A stretch of DNA of 64,000 bases from Phycisphaerae bacterium (GTDB taxonomy: Bacteria; Planctomycetota; Phycisphaerae; UBA1845). Numbering within the stretch: the stretch's first letter is position 1; each line of letters starts with the position of its first letter. Below are positions 1 through 9,261 of this stretch, one piece after another. The stretch covers positions 192,001-256,000 of the forward strand of contig CAXXGO010000003.1 in the NCBI GenBank assembly GCA_963666835.2, in the 5' to 3' direction. The translations under genes were made by a program, and so were the position numbers. Below the pieces are notes generated by a model, which was not told the origin of the DNA, ran no database searches, and worked only from the letters and a program-made list of their open reading frames with translations.

Positions 1-2428
1 CCGACAGGAAGACCTCCAGGAAACGTTCCAGGTACCCCCGGCTTTCCACTTCCTGGAGAGCCAGTACGTCGGCGTTAATGTCCCGGATCGCCTGGGCGAC
101 TCGCTCGAGCTCACGGCGCGGTTTGGTCGGAGTGGAGTCGTCGTTGCGGTACGGATCATCGACGTCATCGAAGAGATTCAGGATGTTGAAGGTCGCCACC
201 GTGATGGTATCGCCCAACTGGACCTCGTGATCCGCAAGCGGAGGCACCGACGGCAAATCCTGGAGAAACTCGATCTGGTCGGGCGTCGTCACGTAAATTT
301 GCGGCCGGCCCCCGTAGGTGCTAACCCCGCCGCGAACGCGGACCAACTTGCCCTGGTACATCTCGCGAAGCGGCATTGGGAAATTGGCTGCGAACTGTTG
401 GAAGACCACCACGGAGAACCCTTCGGGCCCTGAGCTGGGGCCGAAGTTCAGCAAGGTCACGCGCCCTTTGGTCAGAACCTCGCGGATCTGGCCATGTACG
501 AAGGCCGTACGCCCGATGATTTTGCCGGCGTCCTGCCAGCTTACGTGCGGTCGTCCCTCGTCCGGACCGATCGCGGGCTGGTCCGCGAAGGCCCCGGCCG
601 TAAGGAGGGTCCAGGCCAGGAACGTCCCCGTAAGGACCCGAACGCTTTGCGTCCTCTGTCCTGCCTTTGGGCGAACGAACGCATGCGACCGGCCGTTACG
701 AATAATAATCACGGTGCACGTCGCGACCATACCCAGAAGCATGACGACAAGGCCCCATGTGGAGACCGTGGGCACGGTGGGGGCGCACTCGTCGGGAATC
801 CCGTCTCCATTGGTATCCAACGACGTTCCGGATTCGATATCGCACTCGTCGGGGATCCCGTTAGTGTTGCAGTCTTCGCTTGTTGAGGCGTCCAGGTCGC
901 AGAGATCCTCAATACCGTTACCGTTGCAGTCGTCAGTCAAAACCTGCGTGCAAGTACCCTCGGGGGTGCAGTACGGGCTGCCATTGCACCAGTCGCCGTC
1001 TTCGCAGTGGCTGTTCTGCAGGCAATCCACGCATCGATCGTCGCTCTCTCGGCAGTAGGGTGTCAGGCACGGCGATTCTCCGGCTTGGCAATCCAACTCC
1101 GGGTCGCACGTCTCCAATCCGTCGCAGAACAACCCATTATCGCAAAGATCATCATCCGGAGTATTCTCGCAAACGGGTGCTACGCAGGTGTCTACGGTGC
1201 AGGCGACGAAGTCATCGCAGTCTTCGTCGTTTTCGCATCCGGCAGTACTGAGAATGAAATCGGCGATGACGGGACGATGATCGGAGGCCATCTGGCTTGC
1301 CCCGCTGGGCCAGAAGTACCCGTCGAGTTCGGACGGGAGCGAATCGGCGGGGGTGCTGCCGCCGGTGTAGAAAACGAAGGCTTGCCGCAGGACAGCGATA
1401 CTGTCCTGCCAAGCGATGTAATCCAGTTTGTTGGTGCTTCCGCTACCGGAGCCCTGGGTACGGCGATAACCGTTGAAGTAGTCTACTGCCGTGTCATAGG
1501 TCATGTCCGAGCGGTCGCGATCGGTCCCGTCGGGAGCCCCGGTGATCTCCGCCATGGTCAACCAATCGGCCGGCCCTTTTCGTCCGTTAGTCTGCTCATC
1601 CTCGTTCCAATCACCGCCGATGATCACGGCTGTCTCGGCTCCTAGAATCTGTTGGGCCGCGGGACTGTCCCAGATCTTGCCGTGCGGGTCCGGGATTCCC
1701 TCACCTGCCCCGTTGTACCAGTAGTCAATCACGTATGCGACTCGCTGAGCAGCTTCCAGACGCTGGGCCAAGTCGTCGGACGATCCCCCGGACTTAAGAT
1801 GAGCGTTGCCGACCACGACATCGCCGACATAGGTTTCATCCGGAAGGTCGATCTCGGCGAACTGGAATCCCCGGATACCGCCGTCACCAGGCTCGGTCAC
1901 ATACTCATCAGCAAAAACGGTAGGGATGTCGGCAAGAGTGTCTTTCGTATCCCCGTTCAGGTCGGCAAAGGGATACCGGCTGAGGATTGCATTGCGGTTG
2001 TATCCGTCCGATTCGCTGGGCACGAAGATATATGGTAAATCGTAATCCGGCGCGAATAACTGTACCCACGATTCCACAGTTGGATTGCCCGTTATGAACG
2101 GGTCCTCCCCGCCGTAGAGGAACAGCTCCAGCACCGTGGTAAGCTCCGCAACGGAGTCAAGGCAGCCGCTGCAGTCGTTGTCCCCCGCCTCCTGAATGAT
2201 GAGCACATCCGGACGCATTCCCGCCACGATCCGGACCAGAGCATCCCAGGTAGAATTCGCGGTCTTGCTGATCTCGGTGCGAATGTCGTCCTCTACGTTC
2301 CAGGTCATTACCCGCAAGTCAGTAGTCTCGGACTTCGACCAGTCCCCGTTGGGTGGGTCCCAGGCGTTTACGTCAAGTGCGATAGTGCCGAACGCGATAA
2401 GCGCGACAACCGTTATGACCTTGTTCAT
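1..2428 (-). CDS. Partial (runs off left edge) secreted multidomain protein: EEP (endonuclease/exonuclease/phosphatase) domain, Cys/Asp-rich stalk, internal IPTL-CTERM-like segment, OB-fold-like region, second EEP domain
   Basis: Absent from the ORF track, consistent with having no stop in the window. Manual translation from ATG 2428 (GAGG RBS upstream) gives signal peptide [22 protein letters not shown] and EEP motifs [34 protein letters not shown]. Later come [14 protein letters not shown] and the second-EEP motifs [12 protein letters not shown] and DVLALQEVE. Confidence 0.85.
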   Translation of the reverse strand, partial: MNKVITVVALIAFGTIALDVNAWDPPNGDWSKSETTDLRVMTWNVEDDIRTEISKTANSTWDALVRIVAGMRPDVLIIQEAGDNDCSGCLDSVAELTTVLELFLYGGEDPFITGNPTVESWVQLFAPDYDLPYIFVPSESDGYNRNAILSRYPFADLNGDTKDTLADIPTVFADEYVTEPGDGGIRGFQFAEIDLPDETYVGDVVVGNAHLKSGGSSDDLAQRLEAAQRVAYVIDYWYNGAGEGIPDPHGKIWDSPAAQQILGAETAVIIGGDWNEDEQTNGRKGPADWLTMAEITGAPDGTDRDRSDMTYDTAVDYFNGYRRTQGSGSGSTNKLDYIAWQDSIAVLRQAFVFYTGGSTPADSLPSELDGYFWPSGASQMASDHRPVIADFILSTAGCENDEDCDDFVACTVDTCVAPVCENTPDDDLCDNGLFCDGLETCDPELDCQAGESPCLTPYCRESDDRCVDCLQNSHCEDGDWCNGSPYCTPEGTCTQVLTDDCNGNGIEDLCDLDASTSEDCNTNGIPDECDIESGTSLDTNGDGIPDECAPTVPTVSTWGLVVMLLGMVATCTVIIIRNGRSHAFVRPKAGQRTQSVRVLTGTFLAWTLLTAGAFADQPAIGPDEGRPHVSWQDAGKIIGRTAFVHGQIREVLTKGRVTLLNFGPSSGPEGFSVVVFQQFAANFPMPLREMYQGKLVRVRGGVSTYGGRPQIYVTTPDQIEFLQDLPSVPPLADHEVQLGDTITVATFNILNLFDDVDDPYRNDDSTPTKPRRELERVAQAIRDINADVLALQEVESRGYLERFLEVFLS

Positions 2429-2653
2429 GGCCGTTGATTCCTCAATTGCGCTTGATCCGCAGCTTGCGGTGGCTTATTCGCCCGACACGATCGGACTTTA
2501 GGCTCGAAACCAGCGAGGTCCCTGACGGCCCCGACGGCCTGACAAGACGTTCCGGGGTGGAGCAAGCATGTGCGGCAGATTCTACTCACACAAGGCTCCA
2601 TCCCGGTACTCGTCTCGACAGACCGCGGGGTCCAAATCCGTCCTCCGAAGTAC

Positions 2654-4741
2654 CTAGATCAACTGCCGTTTGCGGCCACGCATGACCACTGTTCCAACCG
2701 CCATCACGAGGAGAGTCATGACGATCATTCCCCACTCGGATACGGCGGGCACGTTGCCCGATCCGCCCGGAGCTACGGACCCGATATACAACAGCACGTT
2801 GTAGTCTTGGTCCTGTTCGCCCGTTGCTCCGGTGCAAGGCTGCTCGAAGTCACCGTCCTGGTCCGCGTCATAGACGATCTCTGCGGCCAACACGATTCCA
2901 CCAAGGGTGCGCGGATCCGCCGGTTCGATAGTCGCCGGATCAAGGCCCAGGTGGGCGCTCTCGCTGATATTCTGTGACCACATCGTTTCGGACGCGACCG
3001 AGTTGGAGTCCGCGATACCCACGAACGTCACCATGTAGTCGCGGTCGGAGTTCTGTCCATGGAAGACATCGCCGAGTTTGAAGACCAGTTCCAGCTCGTA
3101 CCCGAAGGTAGCAGGATCATAGACGGCTCGTAACAGGCCGGTGGTTAAGTCGCTGGGGTCACCGAAGAGCTCGATGGCCGAGAAGAACCAGACATTGCCG
3201 GCTGAGTCGATCATGGGCGCCGAAACGCTCGGGCCGAACGGCGTGCTCTCCGTAGTCACCTTATCCAGGCCGACCATCCGCCCGATTATGCTTCCGCCCG
3301 GACCGTCCAAGATTGGCTTGCCGCCTCCCGACGTTCCCTCGGTGCCATCGGAGTAGCCGGCCATAGTCCAAGACTGCGTTCCGGTAGTGCAATCCACCCG
3401 AGCTACCGCGATGTAGTTAACCGGCCAGTCAGTCCCACCGTCCGCGGGGTGGTCGACTTGGGCGGCTGCGAGCAGGTTTCCAGCCGGATCGACCCCGAGA
3501 GCAATCTGACCGTTACCACCCCGGTAAGCCACCTGGCTATGGTAGTGATCAAACTCGTTTGTCCCGGCGATGTTGGTTGCCCCGGTGGTCGGGTCGGTGA
3601 TTACTGCTGGAAGCCGCAGCGCGAGTGTTCCAGTGACGTTCCCAGACGCCCCCAGACCCCAGAGGTTCATGAAGATACCCAAGGCGCTGGGATCATCAGT
3701 CGCGGCGTCGCGCCCAATAATCGCGGCGATGCCGTGCGTACTGCTCAGTTGGCTGCAATTGGCGCTTGTGTAGCTGATATTGCCGCGGGTCGAAAGCACG
3801 CCTGTGCCCCAGTGAGTCTGATCGCAGGTAACCGCACCGAAGTCGGTTCCCCGGCAGTACTGTCCATCGAAGTTGACGCCGATGTAGAGCGGAGCGCCAC
3901 CGACGATCGGACCGGGGATCATTCCGGGGGTGCTGTGCACCGTGGCGGAGTTTCGGACGACCCAGTCGGTCACCGCCGAGTCGAACTGGCCACCGGGATA
4001 GTCGTTGCTGATGACATTCAACGATGTCGTATTGCGGTTCGCGGCATCGACCCGGAACACGTTATCAGCGGTTAGGGCGGTCAGCCCACAACCGGCGGAA
4101 GTGCCGTACGCGTCGGCGCGAAGGTGGAGTACTCCCGCAGGATCGATTGACCCGGTTCCGAACCCGGACAGGTTTGATGTGTTATCGCACGAGTTCGTCG
4201 CGGCAACGATTCGTGATACGTACAACCGCGTCGGCGCCGAAGGTTCATACTGCACCAATCCGGCGATCGTGCCGTTGTAGTTGGCCTCATTATCCGTGGT
4301 GGAGTACTCGGCGAAATCCACCGCGAACTTGTTCCCGAGACGCCCGGTCAGATCGATCTGCGTAGTGGGGGCGTCGTTCTGGACGGTATTGACCCCGTAG
4401 CCCGGGGCGTTCCAATAGTCAAACGACCCATCGAGAGTCTGTCCGAACAGTTGAACTCGACTTATAGCTTGAGCACTCATCAAGCTGCCGAAGTAATCGG
4501 AGCTGGTCTTGCTGGACTTGACCAGCGGGGCGATTCCAAACGCGGTACCCCACGACGTATTGAAAGCCGTCAGATCCACGACATAGTCATTCCGCTGTTC
4601 CGTGGTGTCCCAGGGATCTAATGCATCGCCCGGCAGGCAGGCGGTGTTCGAAACACTGTCCGTGGCGAACGCCGGGGATGCCAGAATCAGAATCAGTGCT
4701 AACCCTCTCAAACGACTGCCCATGTCTCCGTACCCAATCAT
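2654..4741 (-). CDS. Secreted protein of unknown function with C-terminal IPTL-CTERM-like sorting signal
   Basis: Start reassigned to ATG 4741 (AAAGGAG RBS). Signal peptide LALILILASPAFA; C-terminus VPAVSEWGMIVMTLLVMAVGTVVMRGRKR. Confidence 0.8.
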   Translation of the reverse strand: MIGYGDMGSRLRGLALILILASPAFATDSVSNTACLPGDALDPWDTTEQRNDYVVDLTAFNTSWGTAFGIAPLVKSSKTSSDYFGSLMSAQAISRVQLFGQTLDGSFDYWNAPGYGVNTVQNDAPTTQIDLTGRLGNKFAVDFAEYSTTDNEANYNGTIAGLVQYEPSAPTRLYVSRIVAATNSCDNTSNLSGFGTGSIDPAGVLHLRADAYGTSAGCGLTALTADNVFRVDAANRNTTSLNVISNDYPGGQFDSAVTDWVVRNSATVHSTPGMIPGPIVGGAPLYIGVNFDGQYCRGTDFGAVTCDQTHWGTGVLSTRGNISYTSANCSQLSSTHGIAAIIGRDAATDDPSALGIFMNLWGLGASGNVTGTLALRLPAVITDPTTGATNIAGTNEFDHYHSQVAYRGGNGQIALGVDPAGNLLAAAQVDHPADGGTDWPVNYIAVARVDCTTGTQSWTMAGYSDGTEGTSGGGKPILDGPGGSIIGRMVGLDKVTTESTPFGPSVSAPMIDSAGNVWFFSAIELFGDPSDLTTGLLRAVYDPATFGYELELVFKLGDVFHGQNSDRDYMVTFVGIADSNSVASETMWSQNISESAHLGLDPATIEPADPRTLGGIVLAAEIVYDADQDGDFEQPCTGATGEQDQDYNVLLYIGSVAPGGSGNVPAVSEWGMIVMTLLVMAVGTVVMRGRKRQLI

Positions 4742-4898
4742 GCCTGATGCTCCTTTCCGTTGTCCATGGTTTTGTTCAAAGACGGCCGGCCTCTCGAATC
4801 GAGAAGTCCGCCGCCAGACCCGTTCGATAAACTCCATACCCGTTAGGCGTCTATGCTCTGCGTCACCGGGCTGTATACCTGCCTCGCTCGCCCGCGGC

Positions 4899-5984
4899 CT
4901 ACGGTATTTCCCACTCCTGCTCAACTGCGGTCATGCCTTCGAGCGCGTTCTCGACCACCGCGCCCCGCGGATACCAATACTCGATCTTCCGCGAATCGCG
5001 ATCGTTCAGCAGCTCGACGTGGCCGTCGAAAAACAAGATGTTCATCAAGCCGGCGTTGTCTTTGGCGTGTCCAGTACCACTACTGTGAACACTATGCCGG
5101 TACGACAGTGCCAGATTCTTGCCGTTACTGGGGGAACCACCCGCACCTGAGCCGGCCCCGTCCCAATTCAACGAGTCCTTGTGTACGCCGTAAGCAGTGG
5201 ATCCTCGCCACCACGCTCCGGATGACGTAAACGACCCGAAGTAGTTCGGGAACGGGCTAACGTCATGATCCAGTAAGAGGTTGTCCGGGAGATAGCGGGT
5301 CCCGTCAGCCAGAAAGACCTTCCTTCCCGGAGTCCCGATGCGATTGAGGCGAGAGACATAGTCGGTAACGCGGACATTATCCCAATCATCCGGTGCCGCC
5401 TTGGCGACGACCTTCATTTGCGGAAAGAACTCCAAGGGGCTGAGCTCTCTGCCCGCCTGGCGCTCGCCCCAATACTGAAAATAGGCGGGCATGAGGTAAC
5501 TGACGGCCGCCCACGAGCCGACCTTCTCGAACTCGGATTTCTCGGATCCGCTGCCGTTGTAATAGGCGGCCGAGTTATACGTCTTTGCGCAGGGGCAGGC
5601 ATAGTAGTTCATCAAGTGGGCGAACCGGTCTGCGCGCCTGACCGGGAGGTTCGGCTCATCCAGAATCGGCGACAGCCAATCGAAGGACTGCACCGGTAGG
5701 AAAGACTCCTGCAAGGCCTCCCCGTCCATTCCCTTACGCGCCCGCAGCGCTACTCCCGACGTATTCAAACCGGGCAGCCAGTCGTTATTGACGTAGGTAT
5801 AGTCCGCAAGACCCGTCGCGAAGCCGTGAAGATGGGCTCCGCACACCACTTCCTTGGCGTGGTCCCGGGCCTTTCGCAGGCTAGGCAGCAGGATCGCCAT
5901 CAGGGCAGCGATGATCGCAATGACGACCAGTAATTCGATAATTGTGAACGCGCTCGAGACGTTTCTTGATCGGCGCGCAAACAA
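4899..5984 (-). CDS. Prepilin-type N-terminal cleavage/methylation domain protein (DUF1559-like, H-X9-DG-type C-terminus)
   Basis: AFTIIELLVVIAIIAALMAILLPSLRKAR...VC N-terminus and RH...NILFFDGHV C-terminal motif. Start uncertain (TTG 5984 chosen; ORF is open to 6101). Confidence 0.85.
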   Translation of the reverse strand: MFARRSRNVSSAFTIIELLVVIAIIAALMAILLPSLRKARDHAKEVVCGAHLHGFATGLADYTYVNNDWLPGLNTSGVALRARKGMDGEALQESFLPVQSFDWLSPILDEPNLPVRRADRFAHLMNYYACPCAKTYNSAAYYNGSGSEKSEFEKVGSWAAVSYLMPAYFQYWGERQAGRELSPLEFFPQMKVVAKAAPDDWDNVRVTDYVSRLNRIGTPGRKVFLADGTRYLPDNLLLDHDVSPFPNYFGSFTSSGAWWRGSTAYGVHKDSLNWDGAGSGAGGSPSNGKNLALSYRHSVHSSGTGHAKDNAGLMNILFFDGHVELLNDRDSRKIEYWYPRGAVVENALEGMTAVEQEWEIP

Positions 5985-5991
5985 CTGGATG

Positions 5992-6342
5992 CTAACGGCT
6001 GTTTCTGATCGCGAGGGTCCCGAGGTCAACATACTGGTTCTTATCCTTGAGATCTTGGACGGTAGTACGATAGCGATCCGGAACGTACCGAGCGCCATCA
6101 CGGGTTTCGAAGGGGATCAACGTGCGTTCGCCCGTTTCGGGGTTCTCCATTGGGAGCATGTTCACGCGTTCACGCGGGATGTTAAAAGTCTCCCCGGTAG
6201 CAGCGCAGACTAATGGCATCCTGTTGGGTAGCTCGAGCGGCGACGAATGAACGAAGGACCAACCGATCACCACGGCAATACCGACTACCGCGATCGCCAG
6301 CAGCAGGTTACGTTGAGTTTGGATGAAGTCGAACAATAACAA
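5992..6342 (-). CDS. Small membrane-anchored hypothetical protein
   Basis: N-terminal TM helix, then LVCAATGETF...PMENPETGERTLIP. AAGGA RBS before TTG; abuts the prepilin-like gene. Confidence 0.7.
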   Translation of the reverse strand: MLLFDFIQTQRNLLLAIAVVGIAVVIGWSFVHSSPLELPNRMPLVCAATGETFNIPRERVNMLPMENPETGERTLIPFETRDGARYVPDRYRTTVQDLKDKNQYVDLGTLAIRNSR

Positions 6343-6363
6343 CGCCAGGGTCCTTTCTTTGTT

Positions 6364-7907
6364 GCCTCCTCAGCAGAATTTGTGGTGGATTTTCGGTTCG
6401 GGTAGTTTGCCAAGTGCGTGATATAGGGCGACTTCCGCGGCCTTTAGCTCTCGAAAGCCGTAGGCTCTTCTGATGGTCAGTTTGACCTTGTTGTTGAGTC
6501 CCTCCACGATCCCGGACGAATACTGCTTTCTCGCCGCAAACCAATTCAAGATCAGGTTCTCATGAGCACGCAGACTGCGCGCGACTTTCTTAATCGGTTC
6601 AAGCCGGCTGCGCATGGCCCGTTGAATCCACCCCTTCAGAAATCGTCCTGCCCAGTGGTATGACTCGTAATCCCAGAGCGCCTGGAAGCTGTCCTTGAGC
6701 AGGTAGGCCCGGATGCTCTTGAGGTTGTATCGCATCAGTTCGCTGAGCTTGGCTCCCTGTTTGTTCGTCAGGTTCGCGGGACGCTTCAGCAGGCACCACC
6801 GGCTGTGCTTCAGCACCGGGTCGAAACCTTCGCGTGCCAGTTCCTTCGCCTCGGCCGCCCGGACCTCGTCAACCGCCTTGTTCAGCCTGGCCACGATGTG
6901 GAACCGATCCAGAATGTGAATCGCGTCGGGGATCTTCTTCCGGATCACGCGCAGGTAGGGCTGCCACATATCGCTGCAGACGTAACGGATTCCGGCTGAT
7001 CGCGGCTTGCCCATCATGCGAAAGAAACGCAGGAAGCTCTTGGCGGTGCGATCCTGCCCGATCCACAGCAGACGCCGGCACGAGTTCTCAATCTGGTAGA
7101 CCAACGTCAGATACCGATGTCCTTTTTGGAACTGAATCTCATCGACGCCGATGGCGGCGACGTTGTCCAAATCCCGGTGTTTCAGGCCGTATTCGACGAC
7201 CCAGGCAACCGAGCGGTAGACCGTGTCCCAGCTGGTCTTGAACACCGTGGCCACCTCTTTCCAACTCAGGCGGCGCGCCCACCGAGCGAGGAACAGCGCG
7301 TGAGCGTTGGTGATTCGCTTCTTACCGTCCGCCCAAGGCAACAGTTCGACCTTCACGCCGCAATCCTCGCACTTGACGCGGCGGGGTGCGTAGAGCATCA
7401 CAACCGGCAAGGCCCACAGCGGAATGAACGAGAACGATCGTCTCGGCATTCGGTCGTAGGCCTTGCCTCGGCGGCCGCAACCCGAGCAGAACGGACGGCT
7501 GCCGCGTCGCGGCCGGATTTCGACTTCCAGCGTCATGGGATCCGAATCACGGAATCGAACGTCTCCGTAGACGAAGCCCTTGACTTTGTGGACGCGATTG
7601 AGGATGGTCTTCACTTGCATCGTTCGTTTTCTCCGGGTTGATGTCTTCGCAAACACCAATTTACCGGATTCTCGAACGATGCACTTCTTTTGTCCCGGAC
7701 ACAAGCCGGCCTCTGCCCGTTCCGTCACGTAAACCAAACGCTGCCTCCAGGCCCCTGTAGCTCCGTCACCCTCGGCGTCGGTCTCACCCGACTAGGGCCG
7801 ACGCCGAGGGGGACGGTGCGGAAGGGGCCGCCCCGGACAGCTCCCGAGCCGGAGGCCGAGGATCACCTCAACCTATGAAATCCTTCCACAGATTCGGCGG
7901 AAGAACC
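6364..7907 (-). mobile_element. ISL3-family insertion sequence (1544 bp)
   Basis: Imperfect terminal IRs GCCTCCTCAGCAGAATTTGTGG (6364-6385) and the reverse complement of CCACAGATTCGGCGGAAGAACC (7886-7907), 16/22 match. Perfect 8-bp direct repeat TCTTTGTT at 6356-6363 and 7908-7915. Confidence 0.93.
6370..7620 (-). CDS. ISL3-family transposase
   Basis: Zn-finger CSGC...CEDC, IGVDE, CSDMWQPY, LDRFHIV and SSGIVEGLNNKVK motifs. Start reassigned to ATG 7620 (GGAG RBS). Confidence 0.93.
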   Translation of the reverse strand: MQVKTILNRVHKVKGFVYGDVRFRDSDPMTLEVEIRPRRGSRPFCSGCGRRGKAYDRMPRRSFSFIPLWALPVVMLYAPRRVKCEDCGVKVELLPWADGKKRITNAHALFLARWARRLSWKEVATVFKTSWDTVYRSVAWVVEYGLKHRDLDNVAAIGVDEIQFQKGHRYLTLVYQIENSCRRLLWIGQDRTAKSFLRFFRMMGKPRSAGIRYVCSDMWQPYLRVIRKKIPDAIHILDRFHIVARLNKAVDEVRAAEAKELAREGFDPVLKHSRWCLLKRPANLTNKQGAKLSELMRYNLKSIRAYLLKDSFQALWDYESYHWAGRFLKGWIQRAMRSRLEPIKKVARSLRAHENLILNWFAARKQYSSGIVEGLNNKVKLTIRRAYGFRELKAAEVALYHALGKLPEPKIHHKFC

Positions 7908-7913
7908 TCTTTG

Positions 7914-9035
7914 TTAGACGGCGGCGCGGGCAGCGCCGTCCTTTGCCTGCCGCGCGTCGTCAAGAAACGCCAGCACTTGAGTGGTCGTGCGGAATAGTCT
8001 GGAGGCCGTCTCCGTGATAAACGGACTGGGAGGGCGTTCGGGCTTCCACACCACATACACCTGACGGCCGTGCTCGTACGCGTGGTGCAGTTCCCGCTCC
8101 ACTCCGCTCGATATCGCCGGGGTGCCGTCGGGAAGCTCAGGAACCAAGCTGATGATCATGTCCGACTGGTCGATCAACTGAAAATCACGCGCGTAGATCT
8201 GCCCGTCAATGTCGCCGGCAAGCTCGAGTAGTTGCTTGGCGGACACTTGATAATTCTGGGTTGCCCCGTCCGGCCCGGACATTTGGCTTTCAACGAAGTC
8301 GCGGCCCTCCTTGGTAGCGGCGATCGCAGCGTCCACCAGGTGCTTCTCATCAACGTCCACCGGATCGAACACAATAAGCCGGTCAGCTAGTTCAAGCCGA
8401 AACGCATCGATTTCCGCGATGACCTCGGGCATCCCGACCACGTGGGTCATGGGGTACGAAACATAAGCCTTGGGGAGGTGCGGTTGAGTAATGAGGCGAA
8501 AGCACGTTCGCATGGTTCCGCCGGTTTTCCCGCGAGGCAGAACATAGCAGGAATTGGCACAACCCAGAGCCAAGGCCAGCAGCTCTGTCGCGAGTATCTC
8601 CTCCTCCCGCCAGACCAAAGTGTCCTTGAGCGTGGCGTCCACCTTGTGTTTGCACATCAGCCGGTGGTGTACCGCATCAACCGAGTCCACCAGACAGATG
8701 AACATGTCAGGGCGGAGTCGCTCAATCTGGTCGAAGTCAAAGGCGCGAAAGAGGCTGTGACGCCACCGGAATGTGGCATGCGTATTGACGATGATGTTAG
8801 GACGCCCCTCTGCCTCCCTGAGAATATCCTTGAATACGGAACGGCGAAGGGTGTGCAAACGACTCAACGGTAAATCGAGGATTCGGCCCGGCGGTACGTC
8901 CGGAGCATCCGCATACATGCGATCGCCGACGTGAAAAGCAGCTAATCCGCTCCGAGAATCCCGGGTGATGCGCTCGACGCCACGCAGATACTCCTGCTTG
9001 TCGAGTCCTACCTGGCCGGTCAAAACTGCTCGCAT
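7914..9035 (-). CDS. P-loop nucleotide-kinase-like domain fused to nucleoside 2-deoxyribosyltransferase-like domain
   Basis: N-terminal VLTGQVGLDK (variant Walker A) and IIVNTHATF resemble archaeal adenylate kinase-like proteins. C-terminal YVSYPM...RDFQLIDQSD...SSGVERELHHA resembles the NDT/TIR-like pattern. Confidence 0.6.
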   Translation of the reverse strand: MRAVLTGQVGLDKQEYLRGVERITRDSRSGLAAFHVGDRMYADAPDVPPGRILDLPLSRLHTLRRSVFKDILREAEGRPNIIVNTHATFRWRHSLFRAFDFDQIERLRPDMFICLVDSVDAVHHRLMCKHKVDATLKDTLVWREEEILATELLALALGCANSCYVLPRGKTGGTMRTCFRLITQPHLPKAYVSYPMTHVVGMPEVIAEIDAFRLELADRLIVFDPVDVDEKHLVDAAIAATKEGRDFVESQMSGPDGATQNYQVSAKQLLELAGDIDGQIYARDFQLIDQSDMIISLVPELPDGTPAISSGVERELHHAYEHGRQVYVVWKPERPPSPFITETASRLFRTTTQVLAFLDDARQAKDGAARAAV

Positions 9036-9155
9036 TGGGTTGAAGCCTTCTTTTTATTCGAGCGCCAACGCTGCGGCCCGGGGGTGGACGCTCATCAACG
9101 TCCGAGTCAGCCGCAGCAAACGCCCGAGAGTATAACGATCGCGATTACCGGCATG

Positions 9156-9240
9156 ATGAAGTCCGCATGAATCTACTATGAAGATTCCGTAAAGGTCGGG
9201 GCGTGGCGCATCTTAACGAGAAGTTAACATTGCTCTTATC
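9156..9240. promoter_or_regulatory. Divergent promoter region with 11-bp-periodic direct repeats (OmpR/PhoB-type boxes)
   Basis: ATGAAG 9156, ATGAAT 9167, ATGAAG 9178, GTAAAG 9189 (period 11); TTAAC at 9213 and 9224. Confidence 0.55.
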
Positions 9241-9261
9241 TGATCCTCACAATTCTGTGTT

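Noticed and set aside
227..2501. Several plus-strand ORFs (318-1058, 494-886, 1007-1645, 1652-2038 etc.)
   Set aside because: Antisense shadows of the minus-strand EEP gene; no recognisable motifs.
5992..6363. Gene truncated by the ISL3 insertion
   Set aside because: The target duplication lies upstream of the RBS and TTG start, so both flanking genes appear intact.
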